A DNA stretch of 64,000 bases from Clostridia bacterium (GCA_017394835.1 JAFPXD010000062.1:11369-75368), one strand, 5' to 3'. Counted from the first letter of the stretch, positions 40,317 to 49,990 are shown. Notes: generated by a model not told the origin, from the letters alone. Program-made: numbers and translations.

Positions 40317-41056
40317 AGACTCTGTTTATAAATTGCAGTCCCAAAAAGAGCTTCAGCGCTTCGAGCTGGTTCCTGGCCATGCTGCGCCTGTTCACCGCCG
40401 GCAAAAAGGTCAGTGAGAAGCTGCGCACCCCCGCGGATCATGCCCGCATACTGGAGCAGCTCCGCGGCGCCGACGCCGTCGTGTTCTGCCTCCCGCTTTA
40501 CGTGGACGGCATACCCTCCCACGTGCTCCGCTTCATGGAGAAGATGGAGGCCTTCTGCAAGGAGAACGCGCTAACGCCGAAGGTGTACTGCGTGGCCAAC
40601 AACGGCTTCATCGAGGGGAAGCAGAACGAGCCGCTGATGCGGAGCTTCGAGCATTTCTGCGCCCGCGCCGGCCTCGGCTGGGGCGGCGGCGTCGGGATCG
40701 GCGGCGGCGTTATGCTGAACGTGACCCGCATACTGTTCCTCGTGGATATCGGCCTGCTGCTGCTCAACACCGTGCTCAGCGCCGCCCGGACCGGGAACTT
40801 CTTCCCCGGGGGCGCGTGGATCAGCTTCACGGAGAACGCCGCGATCCTGCTGTATTTCAACCTCGGCGCGCTCGTTTACCTGATCCGTATGGCGCATTTC
40901 ATCCGCAAAGGAACCTGCAGCGGCAAAAAATACACCCGGATCCTGATCCCGTCGTTCATATTCATACTGTTCGCGGATATCTTTTTCATCATCGTCTCCG
41001 CTTTCGAGGGCGGCCTCTTCCGGGGCTGGCTCGCGAAAAAGGAGTATCAGGAATAA
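40313..41056 (+). CDS. Flavodoxin-like protein with C-terminal TM helices
   Basis: FINCSPK, PLYVDGIPS, NNGFIEG, GIGGG. Confidence 0.75.
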   Translation: MKTLFINCSPKKSFSASSWFLAMLRLFTAGKKVSEKLRTPADHARILEQLRGADAVVFCLPLYVDGIPSHVLRFMEKMEAFCKENALTPKVYCVANNGFIEGKQNEPLMRSFEHFCARAGLGWGGGVGIGGGVMLNVTRILFLVDIGLLLLNTVLSAARTGNFFPGGAWISFTENAAILLYFNLGALVYLIRMAHFIRKGTCSGKKYTRILIPSFIFILFADIFFIIVSAFEGGLFRGWLAKKEYQE

Positions 41057-41105
41057 AGGCGATAGCGCCCGCCAAACCGTTTGAATCATCATTAGGAGGC
41101 CCACA

Positions 41106-42161
41106 ATGAGTTCTGTATTCGAAAAGCTTCTCAATCGCATTCTGTTCAGCAATTACAACGGCCTGCCCGTCAGCGGCAGCTATGCTGTCAAGGAGGCCGA
41201 GGTCATCCTGATCGATCGGAAGAGGAACGATCCCTTCGAGAAGGCCGGCGCCCCCCGCGAGGTTCCGGTGCATCTCTATTATCCGGAAACGGAGGGGACG
41301 GAGCGCTTCCCGCTCGTGATCTTCTCCCACGGGGCCTTCGGATTCTATAAGAGCAACGGCTCCACCTATGAGGAGCTGGCCTCCAACGGTTACGTCGTCG
41401 CCGCCCTCGATCATCCGCATCACGCGATGTTCACGAAGAATTCCCGCGGGAAGCGCGTGATCGTTTCCGGCGCGTTCATGAAGAGCATCCGCGAGATGCG
41501 CCCCGACCTCAAGGCCGAAAGGCAGTATGAGCGCTACGTCGAATGGATGGGCATCCGCACCCCGGATATCTGCTTCGTGATAGACGAGCTCAAGGCCGCC
41601 GCCGGAAAAGGCGAGGCGGGAGAGAACTGGCACGTCGAAAAGGAAAATGCCGGGGCGATCCCGACCGTGCTTCGCCTGATCGACGCCGCCAGCATCGGCG
41701 TTATGGGCCACTCTATGGGCGGAGCCGCGGCGGTCGAGACCGGCAGGGTGCGGAGCGACGTTTCCGCCGTCATCGACCTGGACGGCACCATGCTTGGGGA
41801 ATACACCGGCGTTGAAAACGATACCCTCACCGTCCGCGAGGAGCCATATACCGTTCCGGTGCTTGAATTTGTGAACTGGGAACAGTATAATGAGCTTAAG
41901 AAGGACCTGTCGGAGGGCTTGCGCTATCCCAACGACGTGCTGATCCGCAGCGCGGCCGAGGGGTTCACGACGACCCTGCGAGATACGAAGCATATGGACT
42001 TCACCGATCTGCCCCTGGCCTCCCCCTTCCTGGGGAAGAAGCTCGGAACGGGCGAGCGCGATACCGCGGAGGCGCTGACGATCGTCAATTCGCTGGTGCT
42101 GGGGTTCTTTGATACTTATCTGAAAGGCGAGGGTGAGTTCAGGGTCGATGAAATTTACTGA
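41106..42161 (+). CDS. Alpha/beta hydrolase (PAF-acetylhydrolase-like)
   Basis: FSHG, LASNGYVV..DHP, GHSMGG, DLDG, HMDFTD. Confidence 0.88.
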   Translation: MSSVFEKLLNRILFSNYNGLPVSGSYAVKEAEVILIDRKRNDPFEKAGAPREVPVHLYYPETEGTERFPLVIFSHGAFGFYKSNGSTYEELASNGYVVAALDHPHHAMFTKNSRGKRVIVSGAFMKSIREMRPDLKAERQYERYVEWMGIRTPDICFVIDELKAAAGKGEAGENWHVEKENAGAIPTVLRLIDAASIGVMGHSMGGAAAVETGRVRSDVSAVIDLDGTMLGEYTGVENDTLTVREEPYTVPVLEFVNWEQYNELKKDLSEGLRYPNDVLIRSAAEGFTTTLRDTKHMDFTDLPLASPFLGKKLGTGERDTAEALTIVNSLVLGFFDTYLKGEGEFRVDEIY

Positions 42162-42176
42162 CCGCCCCGAAGCAAA

Positions 42177-42614
42177 ATGAACGTACGGATCGAACAGACC
42201 GGGAAAGAGCAGGAGGAGCTGGTCCTCATCCGCTGCCACGCAGTAACGGAGGAGGTGCGGGATATCGCGGCCTTCGCCAAATCCCGCTCCGGCAGCCTGA
42301 CCGCCTCCGCCGACGAAAGGCAGTACGAGGTCGCCGTGACGGACGTCTGCTACATCGAATCGGTGGACGGCAAGACCTTTCTCTATACGAAAAAACGGGT
42401 CTATGAGACCTCATACCGCATATACGAGTTGGAGGAGATGCTCAAGGCGAAGCATTTCCTCCGGGTATCCAAGCCCATGCTCGTCAACCTGATGAAGATC
42501 CGCTCGATCCAGCCCGCGCTGAACGGAAGGTTCACGGCGGTGCTGAGCTCCGGCGAGAAGATCATCATCTCCCGCAATTACGTTAAAGCGCTGAAGGAAG
42601 CGCTGAAAGGCTGA
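42177..42614 (+). CDS. Stand-alone LytTR DNA-binding protein
   Basis: YIESVD, FLRVSKPMLVN, ISRNY; no receiver domain. Confidence 0.88.
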   Translation: MNVRIEQTGKEQEELVLIRCHAVTEEVRDIAAFAKSRSGSLTASADERQYEVAVTDVCYIESVDGKTFLYTKKRVYETSYRIYELEEMLKAKHFLRVSKPMLVNLMKIRSIQPALNGRFTAVLSSGEKIIISRNYVKALKEALKG

Positions 42615-42619
42615 GGACC

Positions 42620-43060
42620 ATGGATATCAAACGCTTTATTATCAATAAACTGATCCTGTTCTTCATGCTTTCGACGCTGATCACCGTCGCGGTGGCGCTG
42701 ATCGGCTCCGCCTTCGCCGGCGAAGAGAGCATCGGCTACAAAACGATGCTGATGCCAATCGGCTACGCCGCGCTCTGCATGCTGCCGACCTTCGTGACAT
42801 ATTCCAAACGCGAGCTCTCGCTCAAGGAACTGCTGCTGCGCAAGGCGCTGATGCTCGTGCTGCTGGAGGGCGTGATGATGCTGATCGTTTTCACGAGCCC
42901 CGTTATCGACAGCAGCGATATCCGCGCCGTGCTGACCATCGCCGCGAGCGTGCTGGTGATCTTCGTGCTGGTGAACCTCTTCCTCTGGCTCAAGGACTCC
43001 GCCGAAGCGAAGAAAATGAACCGCGACCTGGAAAAATTCCTGCAGCAGCATGAGGAGTAA
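42620..43060 (+). CDS. 4-TM membrane protein paired with LytTR
   Basis: Four hydrophobic segments and the C-terminus AKKMNRDL. Confidence 0.7.
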   Translation: MDIKRFIINKLILFFMLSTLITVAVALIGSAFAGEESIGYKTMLMPIGYAALCMLPTFVTYSKRELSLKELLLRKALMLVLLEGVMMLIVFTSPVIDSSDIRAVLTIAASVLVIFVLVNLFLWLKDSAEAKKMNRDLEKFLQQHEE

Positions 43061-43090
43061 CGAGCCCATGGCTTCCACTGGAGCTCGCAT

Positions 43091-43146
43091 GGCTTCCCCT
43101 GGAGGGGAAGCCGGCTGCCGAGTTATGCGAGGCAGACTGATGAGAT
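43091..43146 (-). repeat. REP-like element, inverted relative to 39615
   Basis: Reverse complement ctcatcag...gcttcccctccaggggaagcc. Confidence 0.55.
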
Positions 43147-43319
43147 GAACAAAATCGAAGGGGCTGCTGCACTAAGCCCCATCAAAAACAAGACCGGGTA
43201 GCCCGCAAGGGTTGCCCGGTTTGCTGCTTTCATGTATAATCAATTTGCTGAAAAACCACACAGAAAGCGAGAAGATCGTACAATGAAAGCGCGTGAAAAA
43301 AAGTAGTATTGCTTATAGT

Positions 43320-43550
43320 ATTCTTCGTTATCGTCTTCCTCGACAGGAAGCTTTCCGCGCTCCACGGGCAGAACACGGCGATCAGGCCGCTGATACGCGG
43401 CGCTTCTCCCGAGGAGGTCGACCGAAACATCGACCGCCTCTATAATGAAAGACACGAAAAATACGCGGCCTCGTCCGGATCTCACCGTCGATCCGGACGA
43501 GGACGGCGCCGCGGAAAAGGTGCTGGAGTTCTTTTTGGAGAACCGCTGAT
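43320..43550 (+). pseudogene. C-terminal remnant of a shikimate-kinase-like gene
   Basis: IVFLDR...RPLI...LYNERHEKYA pattern, frameshifted, no P-loop N-terminus. Confidence 0.4.
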
Positions 43551-43669
43551 CCGACGGCCGTTTTACTCAGAAAAATATATTATGCTTTTTACCGCTTTCG
43601 GCGCAACCTTTCACGGGCGGGGGCGGTATTATATGTGAACGGCGATAAAAAGGGAAGGAGAATGCGAGC

Positions 43670-44221
43670 ATGAACGTTCGTCGGGCGGAAACTGCGGCAG
43701 AAGCCGCAAAGGCGGAGGGCTGCGTTATTTCTTTGCCTCCGCTTGTTGACCCGGAGGACGTCTACCGCAGATATTCGGGCATGGTGTTCAGGCTCGCGCT
43801 GGCAAGATGCCGAAGCCGGGCCGACGCCGAGGACGTCATGCAGGAGGTCTTCCTGCGGTACGTCCGCAGGGATCCGAAGCTCGATACCGCGGAGCATCAG
43901 CGCGCGTGGCTCATAAAAGCGACGATCAACTGTACGAACACGCTGCTGTCGAGCGCATGGAACAAGCGCACGGCGCTATACAGCGAACTCACGCAGCTTG
44001 CGCCGACCTTCCCGGATGAAAGCGCCGCCGATATTTACGCCGCCGTACTGCGCCTGCCGAAAAAGCAGAGGACGGCTGTACACCTCTATTACTATGAGGG
44101 TTACCGCGTAAAGGAGATCGCTTCTCTCATGGACGTCAGCGAAAGCGGGGTAAAATCCCTGCTGCACCGCGCAAGAGAGGGGCTTGAAAAGGACCTGAAA
44201 GGAGATTATTTCGATGTTTGA
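43670..44221 (+). CDS. ECF RNA polymerase sigma factor
   Basis: DAEDVMQEVF, AWL, LYYYEGYRVKEIA..VKSLLHRAR. Confidence 0.92.
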   Translation: MNVRRAETAAEAAKAEGCVISLPPLVDPEDVYRRYSGMVFRLALARCRSRADAEDVMQEVFLRYVRRDPKLDTAEHQRAWLIKATINCTNTLLSSAWNKRTALYSELTQLAPTFPDESAADIYAAVLRLPKKQRTAVHLYYYEGYRVKEIASLMDVSESGVKSLLHRAREGLEKDLKGDYFDV

Positions 44222-46388
44222 AGATGATTACAAGGCCGCAAACGACGCGCTCGCGCCTTCCTCTGAGGCGGAGCAGCGCACGCTTGCCTCCATGCGCCGC
44301 GCGGATCGCTCCGGGAAAAAGCCCCGCAGGATCTCCGTGGGCCTTCGAAACGCCATCACGGCCTGCCTTTGCCTGCTTTTAGCCGCGCCCGCGGTGTTCG
44401 GCGCCGTGAAGCTCGCCTCCAAGCCCTCCGAAAGGACAAATCCGGCCGAGCCGACGGAATACAGCGCCGCAGTTCCCAATGCCGAACCCGCCGGCGATTA
44501 TTCCGAGGTTTTCGCTTGGCTGCGTCCCACCCTCTCCGACACCGCAAGCTTCAGAGACGGTTATTTTTGGTATGATGCATCGAATGGGGGCGAGATCGAG
44601 AAGAGCGCATACGAAGGCGTGAGAGCGATCGGAGCGCCGACTGCGATGGACGGCGTTAAGGCATGTTCGGGAGATCATTCCGATACCAACGTCCAGGTTG
44701 AAGGCGTCGACGAATCCGACATTGTAAAGACCGACGGCAGATACATATACGTGCTCAATAACGAGGGCGTCGCAGTGCTCAAAGCCGAAGGCGCCGATAC
44801 CCGCGCTGTCGCCCATATCTACGAAAGCGAAATGCCCCTTCACAACGAGGAGGCCGGCAGGAGCTTCTGCGGCATGTACCTTGCGAACGGCAAGCTCATC
44901 GTCATCGCGCAGGAGTATAAGCATCTGCCCATCTATTTCAGGGACCCGATCGTCTATGGGAAGGAAGCCGATACCGAAACGAACGACGCGAACGAAAGCG
45001 CCGAGCCCGAGAGCACCGAGGAGTGCTATTATTGCTTCGGCTGGTTCCGCGGCGATACCATGGTCTACGTATTCGATGTCGGGGATCCGGAAAGGCCCGA
45101 GCGAATCTCCGCGCTCTGCGTTGAGGGCAGCTTCAACGATTCCCGCGTGACCGACGGCAGGCTGTACGTTATCACCTCGTATAGTCCCGATACCGAGGTC
45201 TATCCCGACGATCCCTCGACGTTTATCCCCGGCTGCTTCGATAACGACGGCAAGTGCGAACTGACCTCCGTTTCCAACATCGCGCGCATAGGAGAGGGCG
45301 GAAGCTACACCTATATCGCCGCGCTGGACGTTTCGGATCCCTCCGCGTTCTCGGACACTCTCGCTCTGCTCGGATCAACGGACACGATCTACTGCAGCGG
45401 GACCTCGATATACCTTACCATGTCAAATTATGAGGAGAAGAAGGAGATCGTCCGCTTCTTCACAGACGATGACTGCGAATGTACCATCGACGCCAATGGC
45501 GACCATGAGGGGACCCTCATTACATGGTATGAAAAGACCGGGATTTGCCGCGTATCGCTTGCGGGAGGGAAACCCGTACTCGCCGCGCAGGGCTTAGTTG
45601 ACGGCACGTGTCTCAACCAATTCTCGCTGGACGAATACGACGGGCATCTTCGCATTGCAGTTACGAAAAGCGTTTCCCATTGGGTAGAGCAGGCGCTTGA
45701 AGACGGAGGCGAGATCAGTTACTTCGTCGATGATGAAGACGAGGTCAACGCCGTCTACGTACTTAACTCCGACCTCGTCACAGTCGGCAGGCTCGAGGGC
45801 CTTGCCAAAGGCGAGCTTATCAAGTCCGTCAGGTTTATGGGCGATATCGGTTACGTCGTCACCTTCCGCCAGACCGATCCTCTGTTCAGCATCGACCTTT
45901 CCGTTCCCGCTTCGCCCAAGGTGATGGGCAAGCTCAAGATCCCCGGCTTCTCGGAGTATCTGCACGGCTGGGGCGACGGTCTGCTCTTCGGATTCGGGCA
46001 GATGGCCGATACCGAGACCGGCGGCACGCAGGGCATAAAGCTGTCCATGTTCGATATTTCCGACCCGACCAACGTAAAAGAGCGCGCCAGCCTTCATATT
46101 GAAAACATAGATTATTCCGCAGCGGAATACGACCATAAGGCGATACTGGTCGCTCCCGAGCGCGGGCTCATAGGCTTCCCCGCGGAGTACGACAGCTATG
46201 CGATCTACTCCTACGGCGAGGATGGCTTTGCGGAAAAGGCCCGTATAGTATTCGGCGATTCCGATTGGTGCGGCGCCGAAGGAAAGGGCCTCTACATTGG
46301 CTCCTGCTTCTACGTGATAGACGTTGCCGGCACGGTGTACGTCATCGATCTTAACGCCTTCGAGCTCACCGCGACGGTGAAATTCTGA
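44214..46388 (+). CDS. Membrane-anchored beta-propeller domain protein (probable anti-sigma/sensor)
   Basis: Short cytoplasmic N-terminus plus TM; TNVQVEGVDESDIVKTDG, NQFSLDEYDG, VTFRQTDPLF, LKIPGFSEYLH. Confidence 0.82.
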   Translation: MFEDDYKAANDALAPSSEAEQRTLASMRRADRSGKKPRRISVGLRNAITACLCLLLAAPAVFGAVKLASKPSERTNPAEPTEYSAAVPNAEPAGDYSEVFAWLRPTLSDTASFRDGYFWYDASNGGEIEKSAYEGVRAIGAPTAMDGVKACSGDHSDTNVQVEGVDESDIVKTDGRYIYVLNNEGVAVLKAEGADTRAVAHIYESEMPLHNEEAGRSFCGMYLANGKLIVIAQEYKHLPIYFRDPIVYGKEADTETNDANESAEPESTEECYYCFGWFRGDTMVYVFDVGDPERPERISALCVEGSFNDSRVTDGRLYVITSYSPDTEVYPDDPSTFIPGCFDNDGKCELTSVSNIARIGEGGSYTYIAALDVSDPSAFSDTLALLGSTDTIYCSGTSIYLTMSNYEEKKEIVRFFTDDDCECTIDANGDHEGTLITWYEKTGICRVSLAGGKPVLAAQGLVDGTCLNQFSLDEYDGHLRIAVTKSVSHWVEQALEDGGEISYFVDDEDEVNAVYVLNSDLVTVGRLEGLAKGELIKSVRFMGDIGYVVTFRQTDPLFSIDLSVPASPKVMGKLKIPGFSEYLHGWGDGLLFGFGQMADTETGGTQGIKLSMFDISDPTNVKERASLHIENIDYSAAEYDHKAILVAPERGLIGFPAEYDSYAIYSYGEDGFAEKARIVFGDSDWCGAEGKGLYIGSCFYVIDVAGTVYVIDLNAFELTATVKF

Positions 46389-46482
46389 AAGACGTAAAAG
46401 CAGAAAAAGCCCCATTCCCATGATACGAAAGCCGCTGCGGAGCTGCTTTTCAGCTCTGCGGCGGCTTGCTTTATATAGCTGC

Positions 46483-46600
46483 GGGGATCATGATCCGCTT
46501 CGCGGATGACCCCTCTCTTGGTTTTTCGCCTTCGGCTCAAAACCACTCCCCCACCACTGGGGAAGCGCGCTGACCCGCGCGGCTCGCTTCGCTCGTAACG
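46483..46600. repeat. Multi-hairpin REP-like extragenic element
   Basis: Nested palindromes (atccgcttcgcggat; gttttcgccttcggctcaaaac; ccccaccactgggg). Confidence 0.45.
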
Positions 46601-46964
46601 GTACTTCCTTATCAGGAAGACCAACGTCTTCCACAAGGATAATATGCGGTATGACGAAGAGACCGACAGCTTCACCTGCCCGAACCGCAAGCGTCTCATT
46701 CACTCATACGACAGGGAAGTAAAGACCGATAACGGCTATACAGTCAAGAAGAGCTATTACGTCTGTGAGAGCTGCGAAGGATGTCCTTACAGGGAAAAGT
46801 GCTTCAAGGGTCAATACGAAAACCGAAAGATAGAGCTCTCCAAAACAATGCGCCGCCAAACGGAAGAGGCCGAGGAGCGCATCTCGACCCCCAAAGGAAT
46901 AATTCTCCGCGTGAACCGATCGATACAGGTAGAGGGAGTTTTCGGGGTATTGAAGCAGGACTAA
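46600..46964 (+). mobile_element. IS1182-like transposase C-terminal fragment
   Basis: YDEETDSFTCPN, CESCEGCPYREKC, NRSIQVEGVFGVLKQD; no N-terminus. Confidence 0.75.
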
Positions 46965-47025
46965 CCGAATCCGTAAACGGCGCTATGAACGCCGAGTGAC
47001 AGACATGAAAAGGAGCGTAAAGCAA

Positions 47026-47151
47026 ATGAAGAAGTACGACGATCCCGAGATAGAGCTCGTAAGCTTTGACGTTGAAGACGAGACCGATTTCGGAGGCGAC
47101 AATGAGATCTCCGCCGGCGAGCTGTTCCCGGACAGGCAGATCGATTGGTAA
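47026..47151 (+). CDS. 41-aa acidic peptide with a RiPP-leader-like N-terminus
   Basis: Not in the ORF track; RBS AAGGAG; MKKYDDPEIELVSFDVEDETDFGGDNEISAGELFPDRQIDW. Confidence 0.65.
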   Translation: MKKYDDPEIELVSFDVEDETDFGGDNEISAGELFPDRQIDW

Positions 47152-47308
47152 GGAGCCGCCGCCTTGAACACACAAACATGGGCTGCCCCGTATACGCGGG
47201 GCGGCCCGAATTTGTTTTTGGCCGCCTTGAGCATAGAGCGTACCCTCAAGCTGCGGTGATCTTGAAGAAAGCAGGCGTCCGGCCGCCGAATGTCCTTATG
47301 CCAAAATC

Positions 47309-47348
47309 CGTTGATTATCGCTTCATATTATGGTAAACTTATTTCGAC
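47309..47348 (+). promoter_or_regulatory. Second copy of the array-head promoter module
   Basis: 36/40 identical to 17196-17235; TTGATT-17-TAAACT. Confidence 0.75.
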
Positions 47349-47411
47349 CGATCGTATACTGACTTTTATAAGGGACAGCGGGATCGGATCCCCGATAATC
47401 GAGGTGAGGAT

Positions 47412-48851
47412 ATGTTCATCGTTGATCACAAGAGCCTCAGGCTTTCTTTTAACGAGTTTTATGAATTTTCGGAAAAGGATCTGCCGCAGTACGGAGAATA
47501 CTGCCTTCTGGAGCTGAAAGACGGAGCCTATACCGCGGGAGGCTGGCATCCTTCCGGGGACGACCACGCCGCGGCGGGTTATTTCCTGCGCGGGACCGCG
47601 GATACGGTCGATGCGGAGGAGGTGGCAAGATGGCACTCTCTCGATCGCTACGATCTTACGGCATGTCTTGAGGAAGAAGATATCAACTGGATAAACATCG
47701 GCCGCGAGGAGGAAGAGGGCGACCGCAACGTTCAGTTTGAAGGCTTCAAGTCGTTTGCCGACAAAAAGTACCCGAAGGAAGAGCAGTTCTGCCTTCTCAT
47801 CATGAAGGACGGAGGTCTGGCGGCGGGCAGATGGAACAAGTGGAGGGGTGAAGCCGGAGGGTCGTTCATTTACTCTTCGGCGCTGGCGAGCCACAGCTGG
47901 GACGAGGTGTGGGCTTGGACGCCGCTCAGTATCGACAAGTTCTTTGCGATGGAGCTGGAGCGGGAAAACGAGAAAAAGCGCGAAAAGAGGCTGAACAGGA
48001 ATCCTATCGCCGATCCCGAGCTCTTCAAATACGGAACGGATATCGATACGTATTACGAAAAAGCGCTTGAAAAGCTGCGCGGGGAGTTTAGCTGGGCGAC
48101 CGTTACGATGATGAGGAAGAAAACCCCGGTGTGGCAGATCGCGCCTCTTCACGGCAAATATGTTTTCGGGCAGATCAGCAAGAACTATTATGACGATTCG
48201 GATATCGTGACGCCCTGGACGGAGGGCGCCACTGCGGACGAATTCATCGATTATCTGGTCAGATATACGCACGATACGGTCGAGCGCTCCGATCCGGAAG
48301 TGAAATTCAAGTTCGGCACGGATATAAACGTATATCTCGATAAGGCTTTCGAGAACGTCAAGAAGGATTATCGCTGGATCGATAAAAAGATGCTCGGGAA
48401 GACCTGGCAGTATGATATCAGAACAGTCGACGGAGACCTGGAATTCGTCAGAAAATGCTGGAACGAAAGCGAGTTTTCGGTGTACGACGTCGAAAGCGCC
48501 GAACGTTTCATCGAGAGTGTGGAGTACGATTATCAGAACGAGGCGCTTCGGGAAAACAAGACCGTGGGCAGCTACGCCCCCTCGTTCGGACATATCGAGA
48601 TCCACGGCTGGAATCTTGAAAGATACGTTTTCTATAAGCTGAAGTCGGGCGATTACAAGGTGAGCGTAACGGCCGGAGACCGCGTGACCGGCGGCAGCAG
48701 GGAGTTTTTCATTACCCCGTACTGCTTCGAGGCAAAGACCTACGAGGAGTTCCTTGACAGGTATCTTGAGATCGTTCCGGGCTATTCATTCGGGCTCGGC
48801 AAGGAGGAGCTCCTTCCCGACAATGACCTTAAAAAATTCCTTGGGTATTGA
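47412..48851 (+). CDS. Hypothetical protein with two pairs of internal repeats
   Basis: 479-aa ORF with RBS GAGG; repeats CLL..KDG...AG.W and FK(Y/F)GTDI..Y..KA.E. Confidence 0.75.
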   Translation: MFIVDHKSLRLSFNEFYEFSEKDLPQYGEYCLLELKDGAYTAGGWHPSGDDHAAAGYFLRGTADTVDAEEVARWHSLDRYDLTACLEEEDINWINIGREEEEGDRNVQFEGFKSFADKKYPKEEQFCLLIMKDGGLAAGRWNKWRGEAGGSFIYSSALASHSWDEVWAWTPLSIDKFFAMELERENEKKREKRLNRNPIADPELFKYGTDIDTYYEKALEKLRGEFSWATVTMMRKKTPVWQIAPLHGKYVFGQISKNYYDDSDIVTPWTEGATADEFIDYLVRYTHDTVERSDPEVKFKFGTDINVYLDKAFENVKKDYRWIDKKMLGKTWQYDIRTVDGDLEFVRKCWNESEFSVYDVESAERFIESVEYDYQNEALRENKTVGSYAPSFGHIEIHGWNLERYVFYKLKSGDYKVSVTAGDRVTGGSREFFITPYCFEAKTYEEFLDRYLEIVPGYSFGLGKEELLPDNDLKKFLGY

Positions 48852-48921
48852 AGCCTTAAGACGACGCCGCGGGAAAAGAAAAGTTGAGTTCATAATATGA
48901 AGTCCAAAAGGATGTGAAGAC

Positions 48922-49689
48922 ATGCCCGTTATTCAATTATTGCTTTCTCTGATCGTGCTGGGGATCCTGTATTTCAGAATGATCCGCAGAGAGATCCCCG
49001 GCCCGATCGCAAAAATCCAGGCCGCAGTTCCGGTCGTTCTGGGCGTGGTCTCTGTGATCCTTTCTTTTCTGATGTTCCTCGCCTTAGGCTATTTGCTCGA
49101 TAAAGCCGGTTTTTCCGTGCGGCGTCTTCCCGCCCTTCTCCATTCTATATGCTCGGCCTTTATCGCGGCCGGTCTGCCGGAGGAGATCGCAAAGCTCTTG
49201 ATGATCCTGCTGACCCTGCTGATATTCCGCCGCAGGATCCGGAACGTCTATGAATACATACTGATCGGCGCTGCCGTCGGCTTTGGATTTACGCTTCTGG
49301 AGGAATTCGTTTACGGCTCCCAGGCGGGGATCATAGCGATCGTAAGACTGGCCACCGTTGCGAGCCACATGGTGTTCGGGATCATCATGGCGAAGCACCT
49401 TGGAACGGCAAAGCACAACAGAATAAAGGGAAGCGGACCGGTAACGCGGGAATACGCGCTGGCCTTGCTTGTTCCCATATTGCTCCACACCTTGTTTGAC
49501 GCCGGCACGGGTGCCAACGCCTATTTGAGCAGCGGCAATGAAGATGATGAACTGATCGGCATCGCGTTCGGCCTGGCCGTTGCGGTCGTCCTGTTCATTG
49601 TGCAGATCGTCGTGCTGGTCAGACTGAAAAAGAATACGGAGAAATACTGCGGGATGGCAATAAGCAGCCCGAATAAGCAGGACGCATAA
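48922..49689 (+). CDS. PrsW-family intramembrane metalloprotease
   Basis: PEEIAK, GFGFTLLEE, ASH, LHTLFD motifs. Confidence 0.85.
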   Translation: MPVIQLLLSLIVLGILYFRMIRREIPGPIAKIQAAVPVVLGVVSVILSFLMFLALGYLLDKAGFSVRRLPALLHSICSAFIAAGLPEEIAKLLMILLTLLIFRRRIRNVYEYILIGAAVGFGFTLLEEFVYGSQAGIIAIVRLATVASHMVFGIIMAKHLGTAKHNRIKGSGPVTREYALALLVPILLHTLFDAGTGANAYLSSGNEDDELIGIAFGLAVAVVLFIVQIVVLVRLKKNTEKYCGMAISSPNKQDA

Positions 49690-49898
49690 AAGGGGCCGCT
49701 GCACATCCCTCGCTGACGACCGTTTCCATTCAGAGCGTCGAGATAGGCAAGCTTTCGGCAGACGTGCTCAACAACAGGATAATGAATCCGAACAGCCCCT
49801 ACAGGCGCGTGTTCTCGGTCTCAACCCCGGTATTCGCCGAAAGCACAAACAGGAAATGACAGGCGGGCTCAAAAGACGTACTTTCTCAAGCCTCACGT

Positions 49899-49929
49899 GG
49901 AGCGAAGGGTTTTCTCTTCGCTCCCTTTT
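49899..49929 (+). terminator. Intrinsic terminator about 60 nt upstream of the BMP-fusion gene
   Basis: ggagcgaaggg tttt ctcttcgctcc then ctttt. Confidence 0.65.
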
Positions 49930-49990
49930 CAGATAAGAAGCGGGCCGTATGTCCCGAAAGACCAGACCGATATTACCCGGAGGAAACCCT

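Noticed and set aside
28560-42239. Several long opposite-strand ORFs (e.g. 28560, 34813, 36976, 40989)
   Set aside because: They overlap well-supported genes, lack RBS or motifs, and are expected from high GC3 codon bias
49790-49885. ykkC-type or c-di-AMP riboswitch
   Set aside because: Only a loose GCGGG..AAAAG resemblance; the conserved cores were not found by eye, so no family was assigned
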